Source: Mustelus asterias | Lineage: Eukaryota | Direction: 5' to 3' | NCBI RefSeq assembly: GCF_964213995.1 | Contig: NC_135803.1 | Coordinates: forward strand, 26,350,001 to 26,414,000 | Length of the DNA: 64,000 nucleotides | Shown here: positions 23,991-35,035 of the stretch, one piece after another | Layout of the letters: each line of letters starts with the position of its first letter | Numbering within the stretch: position 1 is the first letter of the stretch | The notes under the pieces: generated by a model | What the model was told of the DNA's origin: nothing | The model's input: the letters and a program-made list of their open reading frames with translations, nothing else | The model's database searches: none | Position numbers and translations under genes: made by a program

Positions 23991-24699
23991 AAGCCCCATA
24001 AGCCTTTTCTGCCATTCAGTGAGATCATTGGCATAATCTTTATTTAGTTAGCATCTAATGCTTTTTGTCGGAGACAGTTCCACACTCATCTTTTGTATGG
24101 AGAAGTGTTTTCCAACTTCTCTCCTGAATGGCTGAGCTGATTTTTAAATTTATTTCCTCTTGTCCTAAACTTCCCAACCAGGTTTCTCTTGGTCTACCCC
24201 ATGAAAACTTTCAAAATTCTAAAAAGCTTTATCAACTTGTCCTTTAACCTATTCCAGGAAATATAAGCCTACCTAGTGTAATTGCTCCTCAGAATCTTAA
24301 TTACTGGAGCCACGTTAACATTCTGGTAACTCTGTGCAGCATTCGTTGAAAAACCAATATAAAGCTTTCAAAGTTGTATTGCCCAGAATTGTATACATTA
24401 TTCCAGAAGTGGTCTAACCATGACTTTGTACAGCTGCAGCAAAATGTTCTCTTTATATTCTAGCTAACTGATACCATTATTTTTTCTAATATGTTTTACT
24501 TTAGTGAGTGCCAGCCAGTTTTCTATACTGGGACTACATTTTCAGGGGACAGCCACCCCTGCCCCCGGCCCCACTCACACTTGTCCATCTCGAGGCTTAT
24601 TTAGAGTGGCATTGGCATGAGCCTGGAAGTAGATTTTCAGTTTTCTTTGTGTAAGATGGACCCAAAAAGGGAGCTTTATTTTTCACATGTGCCTGCAAT

Positions 24700-24825
24700 A
24701 TAGTAAGAAGTTTAACAAGCTGTGTGTGGCTTTTGCTACCAAATAAACCTGTTGGACTTTAACCTGGTGTTGTTAAACTTCTTACTGTGTTTACCCCAGT
24801 CCAACACCGGCATCTCCACATCATG
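24700..24825 (+). mobile_element. Penelope-derived terminal repeat fragment
   Basis: gctaccaaataaacctgttggactttaacctggtgttgttaaacttcttactgtgtttaccccagtccaacaccggcatctccaca is the same family as 54355-54430 and 63448-63676. Confidence 0.75.
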
Positions 24826-25018
24826 CCTGCAATATGCCAGACCTGTGGGAATCATATGTAAAGAGCATGGAAGTGTTCTATTCCTATATCAATACACCTC
24901 ATCTAGACGCATGGAAACTTCACTGAAAAACATAGGGAAAGATTAATTGCTGATGACTCCCTATCTTTATGCATCAGTACTTATTTAAGTGGTACCTTAT
25001 CCTTGACGATTTAATTAG

Positions 25019-25157
25019 ATATTACACGCGTGGTGATGCTGAACAGTGCATGAGATTTATTAATGGGACACGCTTGGACGATCGAATCATCAGAACAGAT
25101 TGGGACACTGGCTTCAAAGAAGGCAGGCAGTTTGGGCGAGGAAAATCTGGTGGTCAG
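25019..25157 (+). CDS. NCBP2: CBP20 exon 3
   Basis: [46 protein letters not shown]; phase matches exon 2; donor CAG|GTACGT. Confidence 0.95.
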
Positions 25158-25518
25158 GTACGTTGTTTCTGTGTGATACTGTGCATACAATCAAACCTTG
25201 TCAAATGAAAACCTGAAAAGATCAAACAGTCTTTTCAAAGTCGTGGAATGAGAAAATAATTTTGAAATTTATTTTTCATAATGAGAATGTCAATTTCCCT
25301 GCAATGTAACTGGAATGACTATCTTGTCATAAAATGTGTGTTAAAAGGCAACGGCATTTTGAGAATTAATGATGTTGTGAAGCAGTAAAGTAATCATCAT
25401 CATTTCCCAAAAATGTCTGCTTTACTTGCGTTTAAAATAAGTGGAGCATCACTTACGTTATCGACTAGCAGTCCTTGTTTTTAAAAAAAACCAATTCCTG
25501 CAGTTGAATTATAATTTG

Positions 25519-25847
25519 AATCATAGAAACCCTACAGTGCAGAAAGAGGCCATTTGGCCCATCGAGTCCGCACCGACCACAATCCCACCCAGGCCCTACC
25601 CCCATATCCCTACATATTTACCCGCTAATCCCTCTAACCTATACATCTCAGGACACTAAGGGGCAATTTTTAGCATAGCCAATCAACCTAAGCCGCACAT
25701 CTTTGGACTGTGGGAGGAAACCGGAGCACCCGGGGAAACCCATGCAGACACGAGGAGAATGTGCAAACCCCACACAGACAGTGACCCAAGCCGGGAATCG
25801 AACCCAGGTCCCTGGAGCTGTGAAGCAGCAGTGCTAACCACTGTGCG
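25519..25847 (-). mobile_element. tRNA-derived SINE (HE1-like) in NCBP2 intron 3
   Basis: Near-identical to the 12194-12531 and 34702-35035 copies. Confidence 0.9.
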
Positions 25848-27221
25848 ACTTGTCTGTTAACCTGTAAGAATTGAATGACAGTGCTATCATAATGTATATT
25901 ACTGTAGCCATTATACAGTTGTGTACACTGTTAATTTCAAGTAAGCTTTAATTGCCCTTTGTTTAGAACACAAAGAGCCATCTCGTGGATCACTGAATCT
26001 TGCAGGGTTAAAAATATCTGGGGATGGAGCCTTGAGACCAGATTGGTTTGCCCCTGATGCCATTTGTCTCTAGTTTTCCTTTTAAAAATTGAATGCATGC
26101 CATCCCTCCTGTATAATTAGAACTCAATATCTTAACCAGTAATGTATGTGTGTGTGTGTGTTTGGAGATCTATTTATATTTTTTAAGGTGAGGAGGCCTA
26201 TGATGCAGTGAACATGTAGTAGTGACAATTCATTCAATTTCCCACTGAGGCAGTTAGACTTCTAACCATTTGGTTTATTATGGGTGCACTAACTTTGAAT
26301 GTATCTATTGGGCTGGTGTTAAGTTCAAATTTTGTTTAGTTGGTTTTTGAATTGTTACACTTTGATCAATAGTCAATGTTGACAGCCTGCCCTTAAAGTG
26401 GGTGATGAAAAGATCCCTGGTTTGCTGAAATTTAATCTTCTTCTTCCATCAAGTGTTAACCATTTTTGTAACAGTTATTCATTTCAACTTAGTTTTTTGT
26501 AGCAAAGACTTCAGTTTTACACTGAATATACATTGACATTTGGTATTGAGTCTGTGCTCAGTTATTGAACAGTCCAATCCTGTTGACAGAATGTTGGAAA
26601 TCACATATATCTATAGGGATCTGTGGCTTTAAGAAGGTCCTGCAAAGTGGGTCTTATGACATGTGTACCCTTTCAAACCAAAACTATACAACCAGGATTA
26701 TACCAAAACTGAATCCTGTTGCACCAGTTCTCAGTGAGTAACTCTTCATACGATGCAAGTCATGATGGCACTGTTGTTTGTATTTTATTGTGGGTCACAG
26801 TTTTAAGGTTTATAATGTGACCTGGTGACTGCAAAGAAATATGGTATTGATAACTTACATCAATCAATTCTCCATATCAGGAGCAAATTTTAGGAGAAGT
26901 TGAATAAAGGGAATACTGTCATGTCTACCTGGCTGGGACATAGAACAGCTTTTAGTTAATAAGTGGTTTTATTCTGATACAAGAACAGAAAATGCTGGAA
27001 AAGCTCTACCGGTCAGGCAGCACCCGTGCAGAAACAGTTAAGGTTTCAGATTCATGATCTTTCGTTAGAACAGAAGATAGAAATGTAAAGAGTTTTCCCA
27101 TGGAATCCATAAAATCCCTGCAGTGCAGGACGCCATTTGGCCCATTGAGTCTGCACCAGAGCATCTCACCCAGGCCTTGTGGGCAGTTTTATTTCCTAAT
27201 ATATTTGTTTTTTTTTTGCAG

Positions 27222-27320
27222 GTACGTGATGAATACAGGACAGATTATGATGCTGGTAGAGGTGGATTTGGTAAACTGGTCCAGATGCAGAGAGTCCCAG
27301 AACCAAGGCAGAAATTCTAG
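27222..27320 (+). CDS. NCBP2: CBP20 exon 4 (total protein 164 aa)
   Basis: T-rich acceptor tgcag|; [32 protein letters not shown]. Confidence 0.93.
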   Translation, partial: VRDEYRTDYDAGRGGFGKLVQMQRVPEPRQKF

Positions 27321-27542
27321 ACTTTCACTGGCTGCACATTTGAGCTAATTAAGCTGGAATCTTCATCGAAACCTGGGATTGAAGCATACAGCTAAACTTT
27401 AATGTCTACAGCTTTGTCCTGTTCATTTTTTCATCGGCCCAACGAACTCCTTTTATAGTTTTGAAACAGTGCCCAATTTTTTGAGGTGAAATCGTTGTGT
27501 TCAATTTTGGTTCCTTCTAAAGTTGTAATTTTTATCAATCCT

Positions 27543-27559
27543 AATAAAAAGTGAATAAA
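27543..27559 (+). terminator. Tandem AATAAA polyadenylation signals of NCBP2
   Basis: AATAAA at 27543-27548 and 27554-27559, about 220 nt after the stop codon. Confidence 0.7.
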
Positions 27560-28479
27560 AACCTGATTGTTTAAGGTGCCTTTGTAACCTCCCAGCACCT
27601 CATGCAAAATAAGTTACATGTCTTATATGTGTTTTCTTGTAAGTTAGAATGATTGTCATAGCAATTTGAAATACTTTGGAAACCTCCAAGATCCATTTCT
27701 AAGGTTGAGTGCACTGTTTTCATTAAGTTCATAGATTGATGCTGTGCTAAGTGGAAAATTCTGGCATTGGTGTAGTACAGCCTGCTGTCTAAACGTACAT
27801 TGGCGGGCAGCTCTGCTCTGAATCTGGCAACCCCCATGGGAGAGGCTGGTTGTCAATTTCAATATGTTCATTGCTTAATTACAGTGATATTAATGCTGGT
27901 TTTGGAATTAGACTTTGACTCCATTGTCTCTGGCTCCCCAAGTTTCCTGGAACTCACCAGTAAAAGCAAGGTGAGTAGAGAGCATGTGTTGAGGAATGTG
28001 TACCCATGACCGAAATAAGCCAATAAGTACACGGCCTTTGCACTGTTGTCTCGTCTTTTTGCAAAACGTGTCTGGTCCCCAATATTTGTGCTGACACACT
28101 GAAAATGTCATTTATGTTTGAAGATCTGTCTGCACGTCTCATCCACCTGATGCTATAGGTGCTCCTTAAGCGGTGTTATTTGTACCTCCACTGAGAATCA
28201 AGATGACCAACAGCAGCGGGGGCAGTGTGACTATGCTGTCAGCAGATACGCAACTCTGCGGAGAGAGGGAAGCAGCAGTGATGCAGCTCCCAGGAGGTCA
28301 TAAACATCACCGAGGATCTGCAGGCAGAGGTAAACTTCCTTGACATGTCTACTCCACAGGAGGTTCACCAGTGTTGTATCAGATGGTGGCAGACAACTGT
28401 ATCCTGCTGGAATGTGACTGCTGCCAACTGGCTGCCAAAGTAGCATTTGCTCAATGTGATGGGAAAGTAAAGGTGATAG

Positions 28480-28766
28480 GGATGGCCCGGTGGTTAGCAT
28501 TGCTGCCTCACAATGCCAGGGACCCGGGTTCAATTCCCGGCTTGGGTCACTCTGAAGTCTGTAGGTTCTCCTTGTGTGTGGGTTTCCTCTGGGTACTCCG
28601 GTGCCCTCATACAGTCTGAAAGATTGGTTAGGTGGACTGGCCGTGCTAAATTCTTCCTTAGTGTACCCAAAAGAGTGCTGGAGTGTGGCGATTAGGGGTT
28701 TTTACAGTAACTTCATTGCAGTGTCACATTACTTGTGACACTAATAAATAAACTTTACTTTAAACT
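28480..28766 (+). mobile_element. tRNA-derived SINE, second subfamily (tail gtaacttcattgcagtg..ctaataaataaacttt)
   Basis: Shares the GTGGTTAGCATTGCTGCCTCAC head with the HE1-like copies but has a different 3' half. Confidence 0.75.
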
Positions 28767-29239
28767 TGCCAAAGACTTCTTTACCTGTTCAGGAACTGAT
28801 TTCGACTATAGGAACACAAAGCACCATTCTAAGTACCGACTTGGGGGATGGGGTCAGCAGGTCAAGTCTCCCCCTCCTAATTCTGTTAGTACAATCAATC
28901 AGCTCATGATCCAGCTGTACTCCCTGCTTGCAATGAGCCATAGTACACTTAGTTCTAGATCAGTGAGGCGATGAGTGGTCAAGGCATCATGCAGCCAATT
29001 TAAAGAGGCACTCAAGAGTGTGCAAGCCATTGTTGAGGGTCTGAAGGCACCTGTTTGATAGCTGTACTTGATGTTTCATATAGGTAGCCACTCTGTCCAT
29101 GGACAAATACATTATCACAAAGGCCATGGATGGACTCCTCCAATCTCTAAGGCCACACGGTGCAGCTCGAAATGCTGCTAGAATAAATAAATAATACCTC
29201 GTGCATTATTTTCTGCTGTTCTAGAAGTATTCTTGTTCA

Positions 29240-30785
29240 AACATGGTCACCCCACAGTTCAAGGAAGTGCAACCAGAGAGGGAATGGATGACGACCAGTC
29301 AGAAGAAAGAGGCAGGCAGGTTGTCAGGAAAGCCCCAGGGTGCATCTCACTCAAGAACCGATTTTTCTTGTGTGTTGGAAATCGGCGAGAGTGACGGTTC
29401 CTCTGGGGAGTGCAGCCAGAGTCACGTTCACAGCACTGTGGGTGGCTAAGCTGCACAAGTGGGTAGGAGTAAGAGTGGAAGAGCAATAGTGGGAGGAGAC
29501 TCAATAGCGAGAGTGCAGACAGGTGTTTCTGCAGCTGCTGTTGTGATTCCAGGATGGTGTGTTGCCTCGCTGGTGCCAGGGTCAAGGATGTCACCGAACA
29601 GCTACAGCGTATTCTGAAAGGGGAGGGTGAACAGTCAGAGTTTCTGGTTTCCATTTGTACTAATGAGGTAGGTACAAAGAGGGATGAGGACCTGCAACAG
29701 GAATTTAGGGAGCAAGATCTCAGATTGAATAGCAAGGTTGTGATCTCTGGATTACTCCTGATGCAACATGCTAATGAGTATAGGAGGATAGAGCAGATGA
29801 ATACATGACTCAAGAAACAGTGCAGGGAGGAGGGCTTTAGTTTCCTGGGTAACTGGGTCCATTTCTGGGGAATGTGGGATCTGTACAAGTTGAATGGGTA
29901 GCACCTGAAACGGAACAGGACCAACATCCGTGTGGGGAGGTTTACTAAGTGCTTTTGGTGGGGGTGAACTTTAAACTAATTTGACAGGGATGGGATATGG
30001 CCTGGAGGTACAGTACAGTACAGTATACAATTATAGATAAAAAATCAAGCCAGTCTGGAAGGCAGAGTGAAAACAGCCATGTTAAGGCACAAGGGAATAT
30101 GGCAAGGCTTGATGGCATTTATCTTAATGCAAGGAATCTTATGGGTAGGGCAGATGAATTAAGATTGTTGATTAACACATGGGAGTGTGATATTATTGCT
30201 ATTATGGAGACATGATTGAGGGAGCTGAACTGGCAGCTCAATGTCCTGGGATATAGAATCTTCATGCAAGACAGGGAGGGTGTAAAAGAAGTAGGGTTGC
30301 ATTATTAATCAAGGAGTCATGTTTAAGTTAAAAGTTTAAAGTAGGCTTACATTAACACTGCAATGAAGTTACTGTGAAAATCCCCGAGTCGTCACACTCC
30401 AGCGCCTGTTCAGGTACACTGAGGGAGAATTTAGCATAGCCAATGCACCTAACCAGCACGTCTTTCAGACTGTGGGAGGAAACTGGAGCACCCGGAGGAA
30501 ACCCATGTAGACATGGGGAGAATGTGCAGACACCCCACAGATAGTGAGCCAAGCTGAAAATCAAACCCAGGTCCCCAGCGCTGTGAAGCAGCTGTGCTTG
30601 CCACTGTGCTACCATGGCACCCATGGCAATTAATGCAGTGAGGAGGGACGATAACTTGGCAGACTCCTCAACTGAGGGCATAGGGGTAGAACTGAAAAAC
30701 AAAAATGGAGCAATCACATTGCTGGGCATGTACTATAGGCCCCCGAACAGTCAGGGAAAGTTAGAAGAGCAGATATGTAGGTAAT
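29240..30785 (+). mobile_element. Decayed CR1 LINE (ORF1 esterase plus start of ORF2 endonuclease), interrupted by a SINE
   Basis: MVCCLAGARVKDVTEQLQRILKGEGEQ..TNEVG..VVISGLL and IYLNARNL..WECDIIAIMET, with stops and frameshifts. Confidence 0.85.
30323..30620 (-). mobile_element. tRNA-derived SINE, second subfamily, nested in the CR1 copy
   Basis: Reverse complement of the 28480-28766 type. Confidence 0.8.
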
Positions 30786-31871
30786 GGCCTGCAGATATTT
30801 AACTTTTAATATACTGAAAGATCTTCAATTAAGCAAAACCGATTTTTGGACAAAGTTGTTTTGCTGGGCTTTCTTGTGGCCAAGTTGGCCTGAGGCTTAT
30901 CAAGTATTAAACCAAGTCCTGGCTTGTTCCCAAAGAGCTGAGGGAGTTGTTTGTAGATGATTCATTTGGGAAGGTGGCAGAAACACAGAGACAAGGTCGA
31001 GGTGTTGGAGAGAGTGCACAAACCTCTTGCCCCACATGTGGTGGAGACTACAGATTGTGCATTGGTTTCTGAGAGAGCTGCTAAACCCATCAAACCAGAG
31101 TGGAAGTAAATCATTCTTGATCCCAGGTGACTGCCTGAGAAGATTAAATCTAGACATTTTAATTGCTGTTCTTGTCCAAACTACTTTCATTTGTGGGCAT
31201 CTAATAATCTTTAGAATAAGCACCTGGTGGGTAGCGACTGCTGTGCATTCAAGAGCCAGTCACAGGCCAGTTTTGGCAGTAAATAATTCATCTCCTGGCT
31301 CCCCAATATCTGTTTGCCATGTACAAGGCATATGAGAGAGGTGTGACGGGATATTCCTCACTTACCTGGATGAGTGCAGCACCAACAACAACATTCACAA
31401 AACTCAATACCGTTTAGGAAAATGATGCCCAAATCACTGACAATCCATCCACTACTTCATTTTCTAAACAACTGAAATCCCTCCTCTCTGGTAAATTTCT
31501 CCATTCACTCCAAGCTTTGACATTCTTCCTAATGTGTGTTGCCTGGAATTGAACAGGACACTTTAGCTCAAAGCTAAGTAGATGGGTCATCTTTTTAAAG
31601 TGCTGCAGTCTGTGATGCTGCTACGCCCACAGTACAGGATTTTAAAAAACCCAGTGACAATGAAGGAATGGCAATATGTTTCCAAGTCAGAATAGAGTGC
31701 AACTTGGAGGGTAATCGGCAGGCACCTGCTGCCCTTATTCCTTTAGGCTGCAAGTCTTCTGGGTTTAGGAGGTGCTGACACAAGAGTCTTGGTGAATTGC
31801 TGCAGTGCATGTTGTAATTATTATACATCACACATACGTTGTGTCGCTAATGGAGAGAGTAAATGTTGAAA

Positions 31872-32163
31872 AAGTTTAATAATTAATGTCACAAGTAGGC
31901 TTACATTAACACTGCAATGAAGTTACGTGAAAATGCCCTAGTCGCCACACCCCAGCATCTGTTCAGCAACAGAGGGAGAATTTAGCATAGCCAATGCACC
32001 TAACCAGCACGTCTTTCAGACTATGGCAGGAAACTGGAGCACCCAGACGAAACCCATGCAGATATGGGGAAAAGGTGCAGACTCCACCCAGACAGTGACC
32101 TAAGCCAGGAATCGAACCCAGGTCCCTGGCACTGTGAGGCAGCAGTGCTTGCCACTGTGTCGT
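31872..32163 (-). mobile_element. tRNA-derived SINE, second subfamily
   Basis: gtcacaagtaggcttacattaacactgcaatgaagttac..gcagcagtgcttgccactgtg. Confidence 0.8.
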
Positions 32164-32868
32164 GTTTCTGTCAGAGCTGTGAGCACTGTCAGTGATTTAG
32201 GCTTCATTTTGCTGAATGGTATTGAGTTTCCTGCATGTTATTATTGTTGGTGCTGCACTCATCCAGACAAGTAAGGAGTATCCCGTCACACCAATAGTGG
32301 AGCAATTAAAATCAAGGATGCTTAAGAGATGAGAATGAGATGAGTGCAGATTTGAACGTCATGGGATTGGGGGAGATAACAAAACTATAAAGAGAAGTTT
32401 AAAATCATGGCATTGCTCAAATAGGTCTTTTCAAAGAAAAGTTGTGTCCTTTTCCACTCCTACCAAGTTTATTGTACATTTGTCAGTGCTGTTCAATCCA
32501 TCTGTTTATCGTCCACACACGGCATTGTAGCACAGTGCTTTTTTCTCTATTTAACACTATTTTGTGCAAATTAACACCCCATTCATTTATCTTTTCCCTC
32601 TATTCCTCATCTATTCAACATTCCAAGGTATGTGTAGCAACCCAAGAGTTGTCCCAGAAGAGGCTGTGCACAATAAAAATGAGACCACTTGCATTCCCTT
32701 ATATTTTTTTCAATATCCTTCTTTATTTAAAAAAAATGCGTTTACCTCATTTATTTCTGCTATCTCCAATTGTCACTTCTGAGCTTTTATTTGTCCTCCC
32801 CAATCATCCTTTCTAGCTTAAACGTTTCTTCATCTTCCCCCTTTTCTTTCACCATTTATTAGCTCCTT

Positions 32869-33655
32869 ATTTGATTTTATTATCGTCACATAGATTAGTA
32901 CAGTGAAAAGTATTGTTTCTTGCGTGCTACACAAAGCACACCATTCAGAGAGGAGAGAATGCAGAATGTAGTGTTACAGTCATAGCTAGGGTGTAGAAAA
33001 AGATCAACTTAATGCGAGGTAGGTCCATTCAAAAGTCTGATAGCAGCAGGGAAGAAGCTGTTCTCGAGTCAGTTGGTACGTGACCTCACACTTGTATCTT
33101 TGTCCCGACGGAAGATAGAAGAAAGTACGTCTTGTGTGCGTGGGTTCCTTAATTATGCTGTGGGAAGTGTAGACAAGATGGCAGGCTGGTTTGTGTGATA
33201 CTACATTCATGACCTTTTGTAGTTTCTTGCGGTCTTGGGCAGAGCAGGAGCCATACCAAGCTGTGATACAACCAGAAAGAATGCTTTCTACGGTGCCTCT
33301 GTAAAAGTTGGAGAGAGTCGTAGCTGACATGCCAAATTTCCTTAGTCTTCTGAGAAAGTAGAGGTGTTGGTGGGGTTTCTTAACTATAGTGTCAGCATGG
33401 GGGTATCAGGACAAGTTGTTGGTCTTTTGGACACCTAAAGACTTGAAGCTCTCGACCATTTCTACAATATCCCCATTGATGTAGACAGGGGCAAATTCTC
33501 CACTATGCTTCCTGAAGGAGATTGTTGATATTGAGGGACAGATTATTGTCACCGCACGAGTTCAACAGATTCTCTATCTCTTTCCTGTACTTGGCTCGTC
33601 ATCATTTGAGATCCGACCCACTATGGTGGTGTCATCAGCAAACTTGAAAATCTGC
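32869..33655 (-). mobile_element. Rex1/Babar-like LINE 3' fragment (RT C-terminus and tail)
   Basis: FKFADDTT-like motif and MSATTLSNFYRGTVESILSGCITAWYGSCSAQDRKKLQKV. A tail similar to gtgacaataaatcaaatc also occurs at ~22280-22450 (+). Confidence 0.75.
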
Positions 33656-34454
33656 TCAGCCATAGCCCATCCGTGGGAAATTACTTCAGAATTCTCAGGA
33701 CTAGTACAAATGCCTCATGTAACAGAAATCCTCTCCCTGACAACACCCAAATATTGAGCTCTCTAATCTTCCAATTGCTTCTTCCAGCCGAGGGAGAAAT
33801 TGAGATGCTCACCCTAAAAGTCCTGATCCTCAACTCATGTTCTAAACTGGTCTTGAAGACTCCAGGCCTTTCCTGGTTCATTGGTTCTCATGTGGATCAA
33901 AGTAATTGTCCCCTTCTGCTGACAATCTTTTCCAGTCTCTCCAAAATGTCATTGGCTGTGGCAGTTTGGAGACAACAGGATAACCAATGGCTCAGTCTCA
34001 GTCAAAGTGGTTCAATATAATGTCTGAGTTTGGTGCTTCTTCAGCAGACTGGATCCACCATTTCATTTTTTGGTCCGAGGCATTATTAGTAATCCAGCTA
34101 AATTTGACTCAGCTTTTGGGGCACAGAGGGAGATGGTCCATGAATGGCATGATTCAGGCCGTCTGGTTAGATAAGTGAGTGCTAGATGAAGATTCTAGGA
34201 TCTTGGTTCCAATGTAAGAATATTAATTGCTTAATATGATACTTATCATGGTAGGGTCCAGGTGGAAATCCTTCAAGTAATAACACATTTAAATAGTACC
34301 GTTAACATAAAATTTCTCAAGACACATCACAGGAGCAATGAAAAACAAAATATGACAATGAGCATCAGATATTAGAGCAAATGGTCAAAAGCTTGGTCAA
34401 GAAGCATCTTAGAGGTGGAAAGAGGAGAATAGATTTATAAATAATAGATTTATC

Positions 34455-35035
34455 CAGCACCTGTTTGGATACACGAAGAGAGAATTTAGCATGGCCAATC
34501 CACCTAACCAGCACATCTTTCGGACTGTGGAAGGAAACCGCTGCACCTGGAGGAAGCCCACGCAGACACGGGGAGAATGTGCAGACTCCGCATAGACAGT
34601 CACCCAAGCCAGGAATCAAATCCAGGTATCTGGCGCTGTGATGCAGCAGTGCTAACCACTGTGCGTGCTGGTGTACCTCAATGAGCACAAGGATGATAGA
34701 AGTCATAGAAACCCTACAGTACAGAAAGAGGCCATTTGGCCCATCGAGTCTGCACCGACCACAATCCCACCCAGGCCCTACCCCCATATCCCTACATATT
34801 TTATCCGCTAATCCCTCTAATCTACGCATCCCAGGACACCAAGGGGCAATTTTAGCATGGCCAATCAACCTAACCCGCACATCTTTGGACTGTGGGAGGA
34901 AACCGGAGCACCCGGAGGTAACCCACGCAGACACGAGGAGAATGTGCAAACTCCACACAGACAGTGACCCAAGCCGGGAATCGAACCCAGGTCCCTGGAG
35001 CTGTGAAGCAGCAGTGCTAACCACTGTGCTACCGT
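34455..35035 (-). mobile_element. Two adjacent tRNA-derived SINEs (34455-34664 partial, second subfamily; 34702-35035 HE1-like)
   Basis: Two consecutive reverse-complement SINE heads (gcagcagtgctaaccactgtg at ~34644 and ~35008). Confidence 0.85.

Larger units (their letters stand above)
23583..25018 (+). other. NCBP2: U12-type (minor spliceosome) intron, GT-AG subtype
   Basis: 5' site GTATCTTT (consensus RTATCCTT); branch site TCCTTGAC at 25000-25007, with the branch A 12 nt before the intron end; no polypyrimidine tract. Confidence 0.85.

Noticed and set aside
29259-29927. 222-aa minus-strand ORF
   Set aside because: Antisense frame of the decayed CR1 ORF1.
34365-35024. 219-aa ORF and similar MVSTAASQ.. 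ORFs elsewhere
   Set aside because: Chance open frames through SINE copies.
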